A stretch of DNA of 64,000 nt from positions 64,001 through 128,000 of the IMG/VR virus record IMGVR_UViG_3300032293_001706; one strand, given 5' to 3'. A model generated the notes under the pieces. The model did not search any database and had not been told where the DNA came from. It was given only the letters and a program-made list of their open reading frames with translations. Numbering within the stretch: the first letter of the stretch is position 1; each line of letters opens with the position of its first letter. The DNA comes from a virus. Positions 26,491 through 37,000 of the stretch are shown in pieces. The translations under genes were made by a program, and so were the position numbers.

Positions 26491-27252
26491 ATGAACAACG
26501 AAATACAATACGGTCAAGTTAATTTTAATTTACCACATGATGTAGTACCATTACCATCTCAAGGTATATTTTACAAAAATAAAAAGAAATCGATTAAAGT
26601 AGGTTATTTAACCGCTCAAGATGAAAATTTATTGATGTCAAATAATTTACAAGGAGCTGAATTAATGACACAATTAATTAGAACAAAGATTTATGAACCT
26701 GAAATTAAGATTGAAGATTTATTACCAGGTGATATTGAAGCGGTTTTAATATTTCTAAGAAACACTGCTTTTGGTACAAATTATAATATTTCGGCATTGG
26801 ACCCACAAACGGGAAAAAGATTTGATGCGGGTGTTGATTTAGGTGAAATGAACATTAAGAATGTTAGTGAAAAACCTGATGAAAATGGATTTTTTACAGT
26901 TAAATTACCAACATCAAAAGATATACTTCAGGTTAAATTATTAACATACGGGGAAGATACCGCAATTGAAAATGAAATGAAGATGTATCCAAACAGTATG
27001 GTTAAACCAATTATTACAAGAAAATTGGAACAACAAATTGTATCAGTTAATGGGTCAAGTGATAGAGGTTCAATATCTTTATATGTAACAAATATGCCAA
27101 TTGCTGATTCAAAATATGTAAGAAAATTTTTAAATGAGGTTGAACCACGTTTGGACTTAAACAAAAAAATTCAAACCCCGTCAGGAGAACTAATTGATAT
27201 TAATATCAATTTTGGGGTTGAGTTTTTTCGGCCTTTCTTCTCAGTACAGTAA
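26491..27252 (+). CDS. Tail/baseplate assembly chaperone (gp26-like)
   Basis: LPSQGIFY...YLTAQDENLL...GDIEAVLIFLRNTAFG; sits between the tube and tape-measure genes. Confidence 0.7.
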   Translation: MNNEIQYGQVNFNLPHDVVPLPSQGIFYKNKKKSIKVGYLTAQDENLLMSNNLQGAELMTQLIRTKIYEPEIKIEDLLPGDIEAVLIFLRNTAFGTNYNISALDPQTGKRFDAGVDLGEMNIKNVSEKPDENGFFTVKLPTSKDILQVKLLTYGEDTAIENEMKMYPNSMVKPIITRKLEQQIVSVNGSSDRGSISLYVTNMPIADSKYVRKFLNEVEPRLDLNKKIQTPSGELIDININFGVEFFRPFFSVQ

Positions 27253-27397
27253 AGTCCTATTGGATGAAATTTATTTTTTGATTAAGGACGGATTTACATA
27301 TTCCGACATCATGGTCATGCCAACGTATCAAAGAAAATACTTTTTAGGTAAAATTATGCAACGTATCGATTCAATTGACGATGATAATAAAAAATAA
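27223..27397 (+). CDS. Probable frameshift extension of the chaperone (G/GT-type)
   Basis: The +1 frame reads FGLSSQYSKVLLDEIYFL...MPTYQRKYFL with no ATG at its start; it overlaps the upstream ORF at TTT TTT CGG. Confidence 0.6.
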
Positions 27398-27416
27398 ATA
27401 ATAGGTATTTATTTAT

Positions 27417-29045
27417 ATGTTAGATTTAAATAATATAGACAATGCACAACAGTTAGAAGGCATTTACTCTAAGATAAATAGAAGTGTATTATCTGTTAGG
27501 GATACTCTGACCGAAACAGATAATATATTAAAAGTATTATTAGGTTCCGCAGGACAAGTAGTTGATAAAGTATCTGTTTTTGATTCTAAAGTAATTTCAA
27601 CATCTAGAAGTTTGGGACAAGGTGTTTCCTATGCTAAGGATTTAGAACAAAATTTTGCAAATGTTGCGGAAAGAATAATTAAAATCGGTGGAAATGCGGA
27701 CGATGTTGTTGACATATTTAAAACAATGTCAACCGAAATGGGTAGAACGGTTTCATTCACTGAAGAGGCTCTATTCAATATGGCTTTGTTAAAACAAGTT
27801 GGTGTAAGTGATGATTCAATAAAAAGTTTTAATAAATTGTATGATACAATTGGTGGAACTTTTGATGAAGCCGCGACACAACAAATGATGTTAGTCAATC
27901 AAGCTAAAAGCTATGGATTAAATGTTGGACAATTTATGACTGCGGTATCAGGTCAATTAACAAAAATTAACCAATATGGGTTTCCAAATGGTGTTAAAGA
28001 TTTGGGTGAAATGGTAAGTCGTTCCAAGTTATTAGGAATGAATATGGAAACGGCAATGGGTTTTGCAGATAAGATAATGGACAGTCCTGAAACGGCAATG
28101 GATATTGCCGCACAATTACAAACACTTGGAGGTTCATTTTCATCACTTGCCGACCCTATGGAATTATTATATCTAGCTCAGAATGATTTAGCGGGGTTAA
28201 ATGATAAGATAATTAATGCCACTCGTGGATTGGCAACATTTAATAAAGAAACAGGTCAATTTGAAATCAGTGTTAGTGAACGTATGAGAATTAAACAAGT
28301 TGCAACACAATTTGGTACGGACGCTAATACAATTATTGAAACCTCTTTGAAATTGGCTAAACAAGAACAAATTTTACAAAATCTTAATTTACAACCAAAT
28401 TTTAAAGGATTAAGCGAAGAAGATAAAGTTTTAATATCATCATATTCACAATTATCTAAGGAGGGTGGAGTTAAGTTAGAAGGTAAGACTATTAGTGAAT
28501 TTAATAGTGGTCAAATAAATGATTTAATTAATCGATTAAGAGGAACCGAGAAAGAACAATTGTTAACTGATAAAAACGCAATGGATGAAAATGCTAAACG
28601 TATATATGAAAATTCATCAGCGTTAGAAAGAACAACAATACAACAAAATTTATTTAGTAATGCATTATCTTTAGCTGCCTTGCAGTCAGGTAACTTTCGA
28701 GAAAGTTTAAATAGTCTTTCTAATGTATTTGCATCAATTATTGGGGCTGGAGGTAATTTGAAAAGTACTTTTGGAGATAAAGCTATGAGTATGTTAGATG
28801 AAGGCGCCACAAAATTTAAATTAGCTGCAGATGGATTAGGAGAATTAATAAATCAGACTAAAAATCAATCTTCTAATACTCCTAAAGAAACAAAAGTAGA
28901 TTTAATAACTACCACTCCGATAAAAATAACATTAGAAAACACATTAAATTTAGAAAAAGTTATTAAAGATTCTATTAGAAGTGTTATAATTGAAACGTTA
29001 AAAACTAAAAATGTTGAAATTGTGGAAAATGGTTATTCACGATAA
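27417..29045 (+). CDS. Tape measure protein
   Basis: Helical A/L/Q/S-rich 542-aa protein directly after the tube and chaperone genes. Confidence 0.7.
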   Translation: MLDLNNIDNAQQLEGIYSKINRSVLSVRDTLTETDNILKVLLGSAGQVVDKVSVFDSKVISTSRSLGQGVSYAKDLEQNFANVAERIIKIGGNADDVVDIFKTMSTEMGRTVSFTEEALFNMALLKQVGVSDDSIKSFNKLYDTIGGTFDEAATQQMMLVNQAKSYGLNVGQFMTAVSGQLTKINQYGFPNGVKDLGEMVSRSKLLGMNMETAMGFADKIMDSPETAMDIAAQLQTLGGSFSSLADPMELLYLAQNDLAGLNDKIINATRGLATFNKETGQFEISVSERMRIKQVATQFGTDANTIIETSLKLAKQEQILQNLNLQPNFKGLSEEDKVLISSYSQLSKEGGVKLEGKTISEFNSGQINDLINRLRGTEKEQLLTDKNAMDENAKRIYENSSALERTTIQQNLFSNALSLAALQSGNFRESLNSLSNVFASIIGAGGNLKSTFGDKAMSMLDEGATKFKLAADGLGELINQTKNQSSNTPKETKVDLITTTPIKITLENTLNLEKVIKDSIRSVIIETLKTKNVEIVENGYSR

Positions 29046-29095
29046 ATAATATTAAAAAAAATCATTTTAATCTATTTATAATAAAATAGAAAAAA

Positions 29096-32000
29096 ATGGC
29101 ATCAGGTCCTTTATCATTTTCCACAACCGAAAGTCTTAGAAAAAAACTATTATCTAAGAATTTGGAACCATATTTTGTAAATGGTTCAACATCACCAAAA
29201 TCAAACGCACAAGATGTTGGAACCAAAGAAACCGAATGGATTGAACTTCCATTGGTAAATCAACAAGATTTAGATAAATCTGGTGAAATTCCGCAAATTA
29301 AACTTAACGTATTAAATCAATATGGACCTGATAATGGAAGAGGTCCAAGTGCGGTATTTAAAAATCAAGGAACAAAATCAAATCAAGGTGAATTTATTTA
29401 TCAAACAGATAATACCAATAAGTTTAAAGAATCAGAACAAGAACAAAAAGAACTTTTGGTTTTAAATAGGTTCGCACCTCAAAATGGATGGTCGGATGCT
29501 GCATCAGAGTTAGAATCAAAAATTATTCAACCACAAATAAGAGATGAATATGTATCCGATAGTTTAAAGCCGAACTTATATAGACCATCAAAATATACAT
29601 CAGCACAAATATATCTACAAGATAATCCTACTGGTTCAGATGGAACATTAAGTCAAGACTCAATTTTGGCTCAATTGGGGGCGAAAAAATTAAAACAATT
29701 GTTCTTAGATTCGGTTGCGTTTGAGATAAGACAACAAACAACGGGAAGAGCAAACGCAATTATTGCCGCACAAGACCCATATCTTGCATCCAAAATAATA
29801 ACAGGTAGAGCACCACTAATTGAACCAAATTGGAGTGTAACAGTTCCTGATTCTGCTTTAGGTAAAACTGTTAATTTTGCAGCGAGAGTCACAGGTGCGT
29901 ATTCACCATTTTCATATATACCAGGTGATTATTTTTCCTTTGTTCAACCAACAAGTTTATTGAATCAAACAATTAATAGAGTTGCCGGATTTTTTGGTTC
30001 ACCAAATATTCTTCCAACAAGAAAGACCGCATCGGATATTTTCTTAGCATACACGGGACAAGGAACAAGAAAACTTTTATTTGGTAGTTTGGGTTTAAAT
30101 AAATTTGCACCTGACTATCGTGCCAATTTCATTAACCAACTTGGTCTATCAGCACCGAAAGGAAATTATTATGTTGGAAGTAGAACTTCAGAACCATTGG
30201 ATATCGTATCACCATCAGGTCAAATTCCTGTTAATGAATATGGTAAAGAAGTTGAAACAAATGTATATGGTCCTAGTGTTTTAGGAAAACTATATGAAAA
30301 TGATTTGGAGTTTAAATTTGGATTAAATCAAACTTCAACAATAGATGGCGGCGGGTTACAAGGTGGTTTTACTTGGGTTTCACCAAAGTATAAAGGGAAT
30401 GCTGGTTTTAATGTTGGTAAAGGTGGGGACCCAAAAGGACAAGACCCAAACTATCAACCAATTGCCGCACAATACACAAACTCTGAATCAACTCAATATA
30501 GTTTTAAACAAGGTTCAATACTTGACGATACTCAAAGATTAATTAATTCACAACCAAATGGGGGTAAAAGATTACAACACGTAGGTAACGCAATTGACCA
30601 AGTGTCAAAAGTGTTTAATGATGGTTATAAGGAAATAACAAAAGGTTCAAGGGTTATAAAATATGTTGACCAAAACGGAACTTTTGTTGGAACAGAATAT
30701 GGGAGAGTATTTGCAAAAGACATACCATATTATGAAAATACAAAACTTCAGAAAACAGAAGGAAATATAAGAAAAAATGCGAACTCAATTTTAGATAAAA
30801 CATACAATTTAAATATTTTTCCAACAACAGGTCCTGATTCAACAACAATTTCAGATGGACGAGTTAAAAAATATATGTTGTCTATTGAAAATCTTGCTTG
30901 GAGAACTTCAAGAAGACCTGGTTTAACATATGCTGATTTGCCTGAAAGTGAAAAAGGACCAAATGGTGGAAGGGTTATGTGGTTTCCACCATATGATTTA
31001 TCTTTTTCTGATGACTCAACAGTTGATTGGAATTCAAATACATTCTTAGGAAGACCTGAAGCTATATATACATACAAAGGAACAAGTAGAGGAGGTTCAT
31101 TAAATTTTAAAATTGTCGTGGACCACCCTTCAATAATGAATCTAATTGTAAACAATGTATTATCAAACACGAATTCAAGTCAAGTTGCAGACCAAGTATT
31201 GGATTCATTTTTTGCTGGTTTAACTAAGTTTGATATATATGAATTGGCGAAAAAATATCAGAATTTTTCACCAACAGAATTACAAAAAATACAAGATACA
31301 ATTAACCAATCTTCAAATCCTGAAAAAATAAAAGATAGTTTAACTGCTAATCTTAATAAAGGTGGAACAGGCGCTGGAGGGTCAATGACATCAAATGCGT
31401 CTATAGGTCTTCAAGATTATAAACCACAATTGTCGGCGTACATTAATAGTGAATTCTTTTTCAACTATAATCAATCGGGTGGTAATTCATATTCAGATGC
31501 GTTAAATCAATATGAAAGTGATAATAATTTTAAGATAATTAATAATGTCCAAAGTACCGAAATAAAAAATTCATATTCAAGATTGGAAAATCTAAGTAAT
31601 CAAATAAAGAGTACGTTAGATACAAACCCTAATGTTACAATAAAAATTTTATTAAAATCTAATAGTTCTTATAATGAAGCAACGACAGTCAAGAAAGATA
31701 GACTAACTTGTATCGAAGAGAGTATTATTAAAATTGTTGGGAAAAACACTAGACTAACTTTTGAAAACAAACAAGGTAATGATAGTGATAAACTACCAAC
31801 TATTAATTATCCATGTAATAGTGCAACAACTAATAATTATGCTGTTGGACCTGTCGGATGTAGAAGAGTAATAATTGATAATATAATTGAAACCCCATTA
31901 CCAAATCAAAATAATCCTAATGGTAGTACAACCCAAAGTCCTTCAACTGTTGTTGGAAATATTGCGTCACAATTCAGATTAAATAATTCATTAAATAACA

Positions 32001-33754
32001 TTGCAACAAATGATTCCAGTAATTTAACAGAATCCGTTTCAAAAGCGGTATTAAGAAAGTTATTAAATGAATCAAATTATTTTCAATTTATTAAAGAAAA
32101 TAACCCATATATTTATGACTCATTAAAGGAAAAACTTAAATTTTTTCATCCGTCGTTCCATTCTATTACACCTGAAGGGCTGAACTCAAGATTAACATTT
32201 TTAATGCAATGTACAAGACCTGGCGATACAATACCAACAAAACAGGCTGATGGTACATTTTTAGATAAAGATGCTAGAAACACATCCTTTGGGGCTCCAC
32301 CAATATGTGTAATTAGAATTGGTGATTTCTATCATACTAAAGCGGTAATAAATAATGTTAAATTTAGTTATGAAGACAAGACCCTTGATTTGAATCCTGA
32401 AGGTATCGGGGTTCAGCCAATGATAGTCGGTGTTTCAATAAGCTTTAATTTTATCGGAGGTCAGAGTCTTAAAGGACCAATCGATGAATTACAAAACGCA
32501 CTTTCTTTTAATTTCTTTGCAAATACTGAAATGTATGATGAAAGGGCGACTGTATTGACAGAATCTGCATATGATAAACAATTTATTGAAAACACACAAC
32601 CTGAAGGAACAACAATTCAAAATACAAATACTGATTTATCAAATGAAGCTGGTGAATTTATTGGTAGGCTAAATGGTGATTTAAGTCCAAGTGGTTTAAC
32701 AGGAAATAATGATTATAAAAATGTTATAGATAGTTTAATTGGTAGTTATGAACAATTATATAATGGAATCTATGATAAATTAGAACAGATAAATACTGAT
32801 TATAATTGGTCTGTTCTTCAGATATATACCTCTGAAAGAATATATAAAGAAGGGGTGTTAAAAACACCTACAGTAAAATCTAAAAATATTTTTGGTTTAT
32901 CAAAAAATTATAAACAAAAAATAAATGACATCTTTACAGAATTATATTTAGATATACAAGAAGAAAATCTTAGTATCTTTAATAAATTACCTGAAAATAT
33001 AACAAAGATTAAAACTTTAAAAAAACAATTAACAAATTTAGTTTTAGAAAAACAAAAAACATTTTTTGATGGGTTAGAAACAATAACAAAACAATTGTCA
33101 CAATCTCAAATAGAATATGTAAGATTAATTGATAAATTAAATTTTTTATCTAATAATGCCGATGGAGTTATGGATAAAAAAGGTAACATTAATTTATATA
33201 ACACATTGTCTTCAGCAACGATTAACAATTTACTTATTAATTCCGATTCAATAACTGATGCTTCTTCAGTCATGATAAATCAATTAATATCGAATCAAAT
33301 TATTGAAGACCTAATTGATTATAACATTCTTGGACTTTCAGGTGTAAACACATTTGATAAATTTTCAAATTCATTATCAGATAAAAGATTCTACACAATA
33401 TTTGGATATGACTTATTGAATAATTATAACGAATTGGAAACAAAAATAATTGGAGAATTAACTCAAAGTCCGTGGAGAAAAAATATATCGGATAATTTGA
33501 ATACTTATTATGGTAAAAAAAATACGGGTTACATTAATGAGCAAGGGATTAAAAAATTCAAGGATTTCAAAAAAACTAATCCTAAATTTTCATCATTATT
33601 ACCGAGTAACTGGAATGAAATAGTAAAAACTAATAGACCAAATAGTTTGCAATTACAAACACCAATCAACTCTACAATCAAAACCCAATTTGAAGAATTA
33701 TATTCAGGAGTAAATTCTCAAGGAGATAAATTTAATGGTAAATTTACATTTTAA
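29096..33754 (+). CDS. Large baseplate / tube-initiator-like protein
   Basis: Tube-like segments WFPPYDLSFSD...GRPEAIYTY...GSLNFKIVVD and PPICVIRIGDFYHTKAVI. Confidence 0.6.
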   Translation: MASGPLSFSTTESLRKKLLSKNLEPYFVNGSTSPKSNAQDVGTKETEWIELPLVNQQDLDKSGEIPQIKLNVLNQYGPDNGRGPSAVFKNQGTKSNQGEFIYQTDNTNKFKESEQEQKELLVLNRFAPQNGWSDAASELESKIIQPQIRDEYVSDSLKPNLYRPSKYTSAQIYLQDNPTGSDGTLSQDSILAQLGAKKLKQLFLDSVAFEIRQQTTGRANAIIAAQDPYLASKIITGRAPLIEPNWSVTVPDSALGKTVNFAARVTGAYSPFSYIPGDYFSFVQPTSLLNQTINRVAGFFGSPNILPTRKTASDIFLAYTGQGTRKLLFGSLGLNKFAPDYRANFINQLGLSAPKGNYYVGSRTSEPLDIVSPSGQIPVNEYGKEVETNVYGPSVLGKLYENDLEFKFGLNQTSTIDGGGLQGGFTWVSPKYKGNAGFNVGKGGDPKGQDPNYQPIAAQYTNSESTQYSFKQGSILDDTQRLINSQPNGGKRLQHVGNAIDQVSKVFNDGYKEITKGSRVIKYVDQNGTFVGTEYGRVFAKDIPYYENTKLQKTEGNIRKNANSILDKTYNLNIFPTTGPDSTTISDGRVKKYMLSIENLAWRTSRRPGLTYADLPESEKGPNGGRVMWFPPYDLSFSDDSTVDWNSNTFLGRPEAIYTYKGTSRGGSLNFKIVVDHPSIMNLIVNNVLSNTNSSQVADQVLDSFFAGLTKFDIYELAKKYQNFSPTELQKIQDTINQSSNPEKIKDSLTANLNKGGTGAGGSMTSNASIGLQDYKPQLSAYINSEFFFNYNQSGGNSYSDALNQYESDNNFKIINNVQSTEIKNSYSRLENLSNQIKSTLDTNPNVTIKILLKSNSSYNEATTVKKDRLTCIEESIIKIVGKNTRLTFENKQGNDSDKLPTINYPCNSATTNNYAVGPVGCRRVIIDNIIETPLPNQNNPNGSTTQSPSTVVGNIASQFRLNNSLNNIATNDSSNLTESVSKAVLRKLLNESNYFQFIKENNPYIYDSLKEKLKFFHPSFHSITPEGLNSRLTFLMQCTRPGDTIPTKQADGTFLDKDARNTSFGAPPICVIRIGDFYHTKAVINNVKFSYEDKTLDLNPEGIGVQPMIVGVSISFNFIGGQSLKGPIDELQNALSFNFFANTEMYDERATVLTESAYDKQFIENTQPEGTTIQNTNTDLSNEAGEFIGRLNGDLSPSGLTGNNDYKNVIDSLIGSYEQLYNGIYDKLEQINTDYNWSVLQIYTSERIYKEGVLKTPTVKSKNIFGLSKNYKQKINDIFTELYLDIQEENLSIFNKLPENITKIKTLKKQLTNLVLEKQKTFFDGLETITKQLSQSQIEYVRLIDKLNFLSNNADGVMDKKGNINLYNTLSSATINNLLINSDSITDASSVMINQLISNQIIEDLIDYNILGLSGVNTFDKFSNSLSDKRFYTIFGYDLLNNYNELETKIIGELTQSPWRKNISDNLNTYYGKKNTGYINEQGIKKFKDFKKTNPKFSSLLPSNWNEIVKTNRPNSLQLQTPINSTIKTQFEELYSGVNSQGDKFNGKFTF

Positions 33755-34071
33755 TGGAATATTTTAACAGATACAATCAATTTTTAATAGACGGAGAACA
33801 GACAGTTGTTCCATATGTTACTTTACCACGAAAGTCTACAGATATTAAATATATCTACAGAGCGGGTACAAGTAGATTAGATAAAATAAGTCAACAATAT
33901 TATAACTCACCATATTTTGGTTGGTTAATTATGGTTGCAAATCCTGAATTTGGAGGATTAGAATGGAATATACCTGATAATTCCGTAATTGTAATACCTT
34001 ACCCTTTAAATGCATCAATTCAGGATTATAATAATGCAATAAAAACTAGATTCTATTATTATGGCAGATAA
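33754..34071 (+). CDS. LysM-like baseplate protein (gp53/gpX-like)
   Basis: RLDKISQQYYNSPYFGWLIMVANP. Confidence 0.7.
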   Translation: MEYFNRYNQFLIDGEQTVVPYVTLPRKSTDIKYIYRAGTSRLDKISQQYYNSPYFGWLIMVANPEFGGLEWNIPDNSVIVIPYPLNASIQDYNNAIKTRFYYYGR

Positions 34072-37000
34072 CTTTGGTGGAGGTGAAAATATATTTTATA
34101 TTGATGATGCAAACATCGTTTTAATTGACCCAAATGCAATTATTGATTCAGATGGTCGAAAAAAAGATAGAGTAATAAAACAAGAAAATCTTGTTATGTA
34201 TGCAAACTTGGAAGTCGAATCGGTTCCAAGAACAAAATTATCAGTAGGTCAAAGTGTTGATAGTGGTATAAGTAATTATACGATTGCGTCAATTAATTTT
34301 CTGAAACCACAAGGTAAAAACGTTTTTGATACAAGTTACACAGACCAACTAACCGCAGGAAGAAATTTACAAGGTACTGTAAACCAACTATCGTTTGATA
34401 AAAATGATAATCCGCAACAATTAAATTATGTTGATACACAGTTATTAGGTATAAAATCAATAAATGTTGATATTAAAAACAATGGAGTTCCAACCGTAAG
34501 TATGACATTAGTTGACATACAAGGAAGGGCATTGTTTGAAACAGGTGGAAACTCCCCCTATTCTGTATTTTTATATTATCCATATCCATTATTTAGGCTA
34601 ACCCTAAAGGGCTATTATGGTAAGGCAATTCAATATGAATTAATGTTAAGAAGTTTTAACGCTTCATTTGAACAATCAACAGGTAACTATAACATTGATT
34701 TACAATTCATTGCAAGAACTAGCGCGATTTTAGATGATATAAGACTTGGTTATTTATTTGCGTTACCAAATATGTACCCAAGATATGAAGTACCTGTAAT
34801 AAATAGTGATACAACATCACAACAGGCAACCGCAAGTCAACAACAAATTGGTGTAAATGTCGCACAACAATCAACAATTGTTAGAACATCAAGAGGGTAT
34901 AACAAAATAAAAGAAGTATTTGAAGAATATAAAAAGGACGGATTAATAGATAGTTCAGTTCCTATTATGACTTTAAATGAAATGCAGATTAATTTATCAA
35001 AATACACACAATTTTTAAATGATGAGTTTGAAAAATTACCATTTGAAGATTTAGTCGCTCTTCAAAAGTATAAGGAAACTGTTGATACGTTTTCAACGGA
35101 GATTGAAAAATGGAGAACCACATATACCGACAATGGTAACATTTTGGTTTTGACAGATAAAACTAAGATGTATCAACTTAAAAATTTAACGATAAATGAC
35201 GAAAGTAGTAATACTACAAAATCAAATACCGCAAATGCGGAATTAGAAAAAATATTAAATAATAATAAAGGTATTTTAGAAACCATTCCAAGATGGAGTA
35301 AAGAAATTGCAATACCTGATAATTTTTTTAAGATAACTAATTTTCAGAAAAAATTTACAGAAGGTGAGATAGATTACATACAAACTTTTTTTAATGTAAG
35401 AGGAAGAGTTGTTAATGACCCAATAAATGATGAGGAATTTTTACAATTTAAAGATAAATTAAAAAATAGATTAATTGAAGAAAAAGTATTACCAACATCT
35501 GAAAATTCTGATAACAGCAGTGTTTCAACTCCAAATCCTTATTACTATACCTTTGATTTGTTTAGTAATGATTATATAAATTTGGTTTCCGTAATAGAAC
35601 AAAATAATCAAAAAGAAAACGAGAGATTAAATGGTATACTACAAGATAGGGTGAAGAAAAATGGTAATGTTAATAATTTACCTTTTAGACCAACAATTAG
35701 AAATGTTGTCGGTGTTATCATTGCATCGGTTGACGCTTTTTATAGGTTAATGGATGAAATACATGAAAAGGCTTGGAATGAGAGAGATAATCCTGATAGA
35801 ATAAGGTCGATAATTAGTAACGATACACCATCACCTGAAGGTAAAAATTCAACACAAACAACAACTAAAAATATTACAAATTTTGTTTATCCTTGGCCTC
35901 AATTTGTACAAAAAAAAGAAGGTTCAGGTAATTCAGAATATCAAATAACATATCCTGGTTCAAAATCAGTTTTGAATTTTACTAACGGTTATGATACAAG
36001 AGTATGGCCTGAAGTTGAGTTTGTCGAACAATTTTTATATGGATTAACAGTTAAAGATTTGGACTACAATTCAGACAATCAAATATCGCCAACATTAAAA
36101 TTAAACTACACACCATCTTCAGCAATCGAATTTGAGTATGTTGATAAAATATATTCAAACACAGCGGTTTATGATTTTGTGTATGAAATGTATGAAAGAC
36201 TTTTGTTAAATACTTATTATTCGGGATTATATTATAGTGAAACTAATTTCGATTTAATTAATTCTGGGTCTGACATGGAATATAGTAATATTTCAAATTC
36301 AGGATTACCAAACGGTGAATTGAAAAAAATTTTAAGTGACCAACTAACTAAACAAAATCTTTATGATTTCTTGAAATCGACTTCAGGACAAAACAATGAA
36401 GGGCAACTTTGGAACAATTTTTTAACACAAAGTTATAACACAGGTTACATAATACAAAAGATTAAAGAGCAGAGTGAACTATATTCTGACAGTGAATATA
36501 AAAATTTAACAAAAAATCCTATTAAGTTAACAACTCAAGATACTATTGTAAATTTTTTAAAAGACCCTACAAGTTCAAACAATACATTAATGGATACGTA
36601 TCCATTTATAATACCTCAATTTCAACAAAAACTACCAGGAGCCACAAGTATAAATTTTTATGATACTATAAATACGTATACGTTAGATTCACAAAATCTA
36701 TTTATTACCAACCAAAAAAATAATTTATTACCATTAACTAAAAATTCTTCAGCTCTAAATGGATATAATAATCCAAACATTGGTGATGCGGATATTAATG
36801 GATACTTTAATACTAATTTTAGTAACCCTAATAGGAGAATGGTGACAGAAGGTAATGTTTTTTATTCAGATAACAATAGATTAACTGAAACTCAAACAAC
36901 GAGTATGTTAAATACTCCATACTTTTTAAATTCACTTATGGAATCATCAGAATTAAGTGGTGACACTAAGTATGTTAAACCGGCTTATTTATTACTTAAC

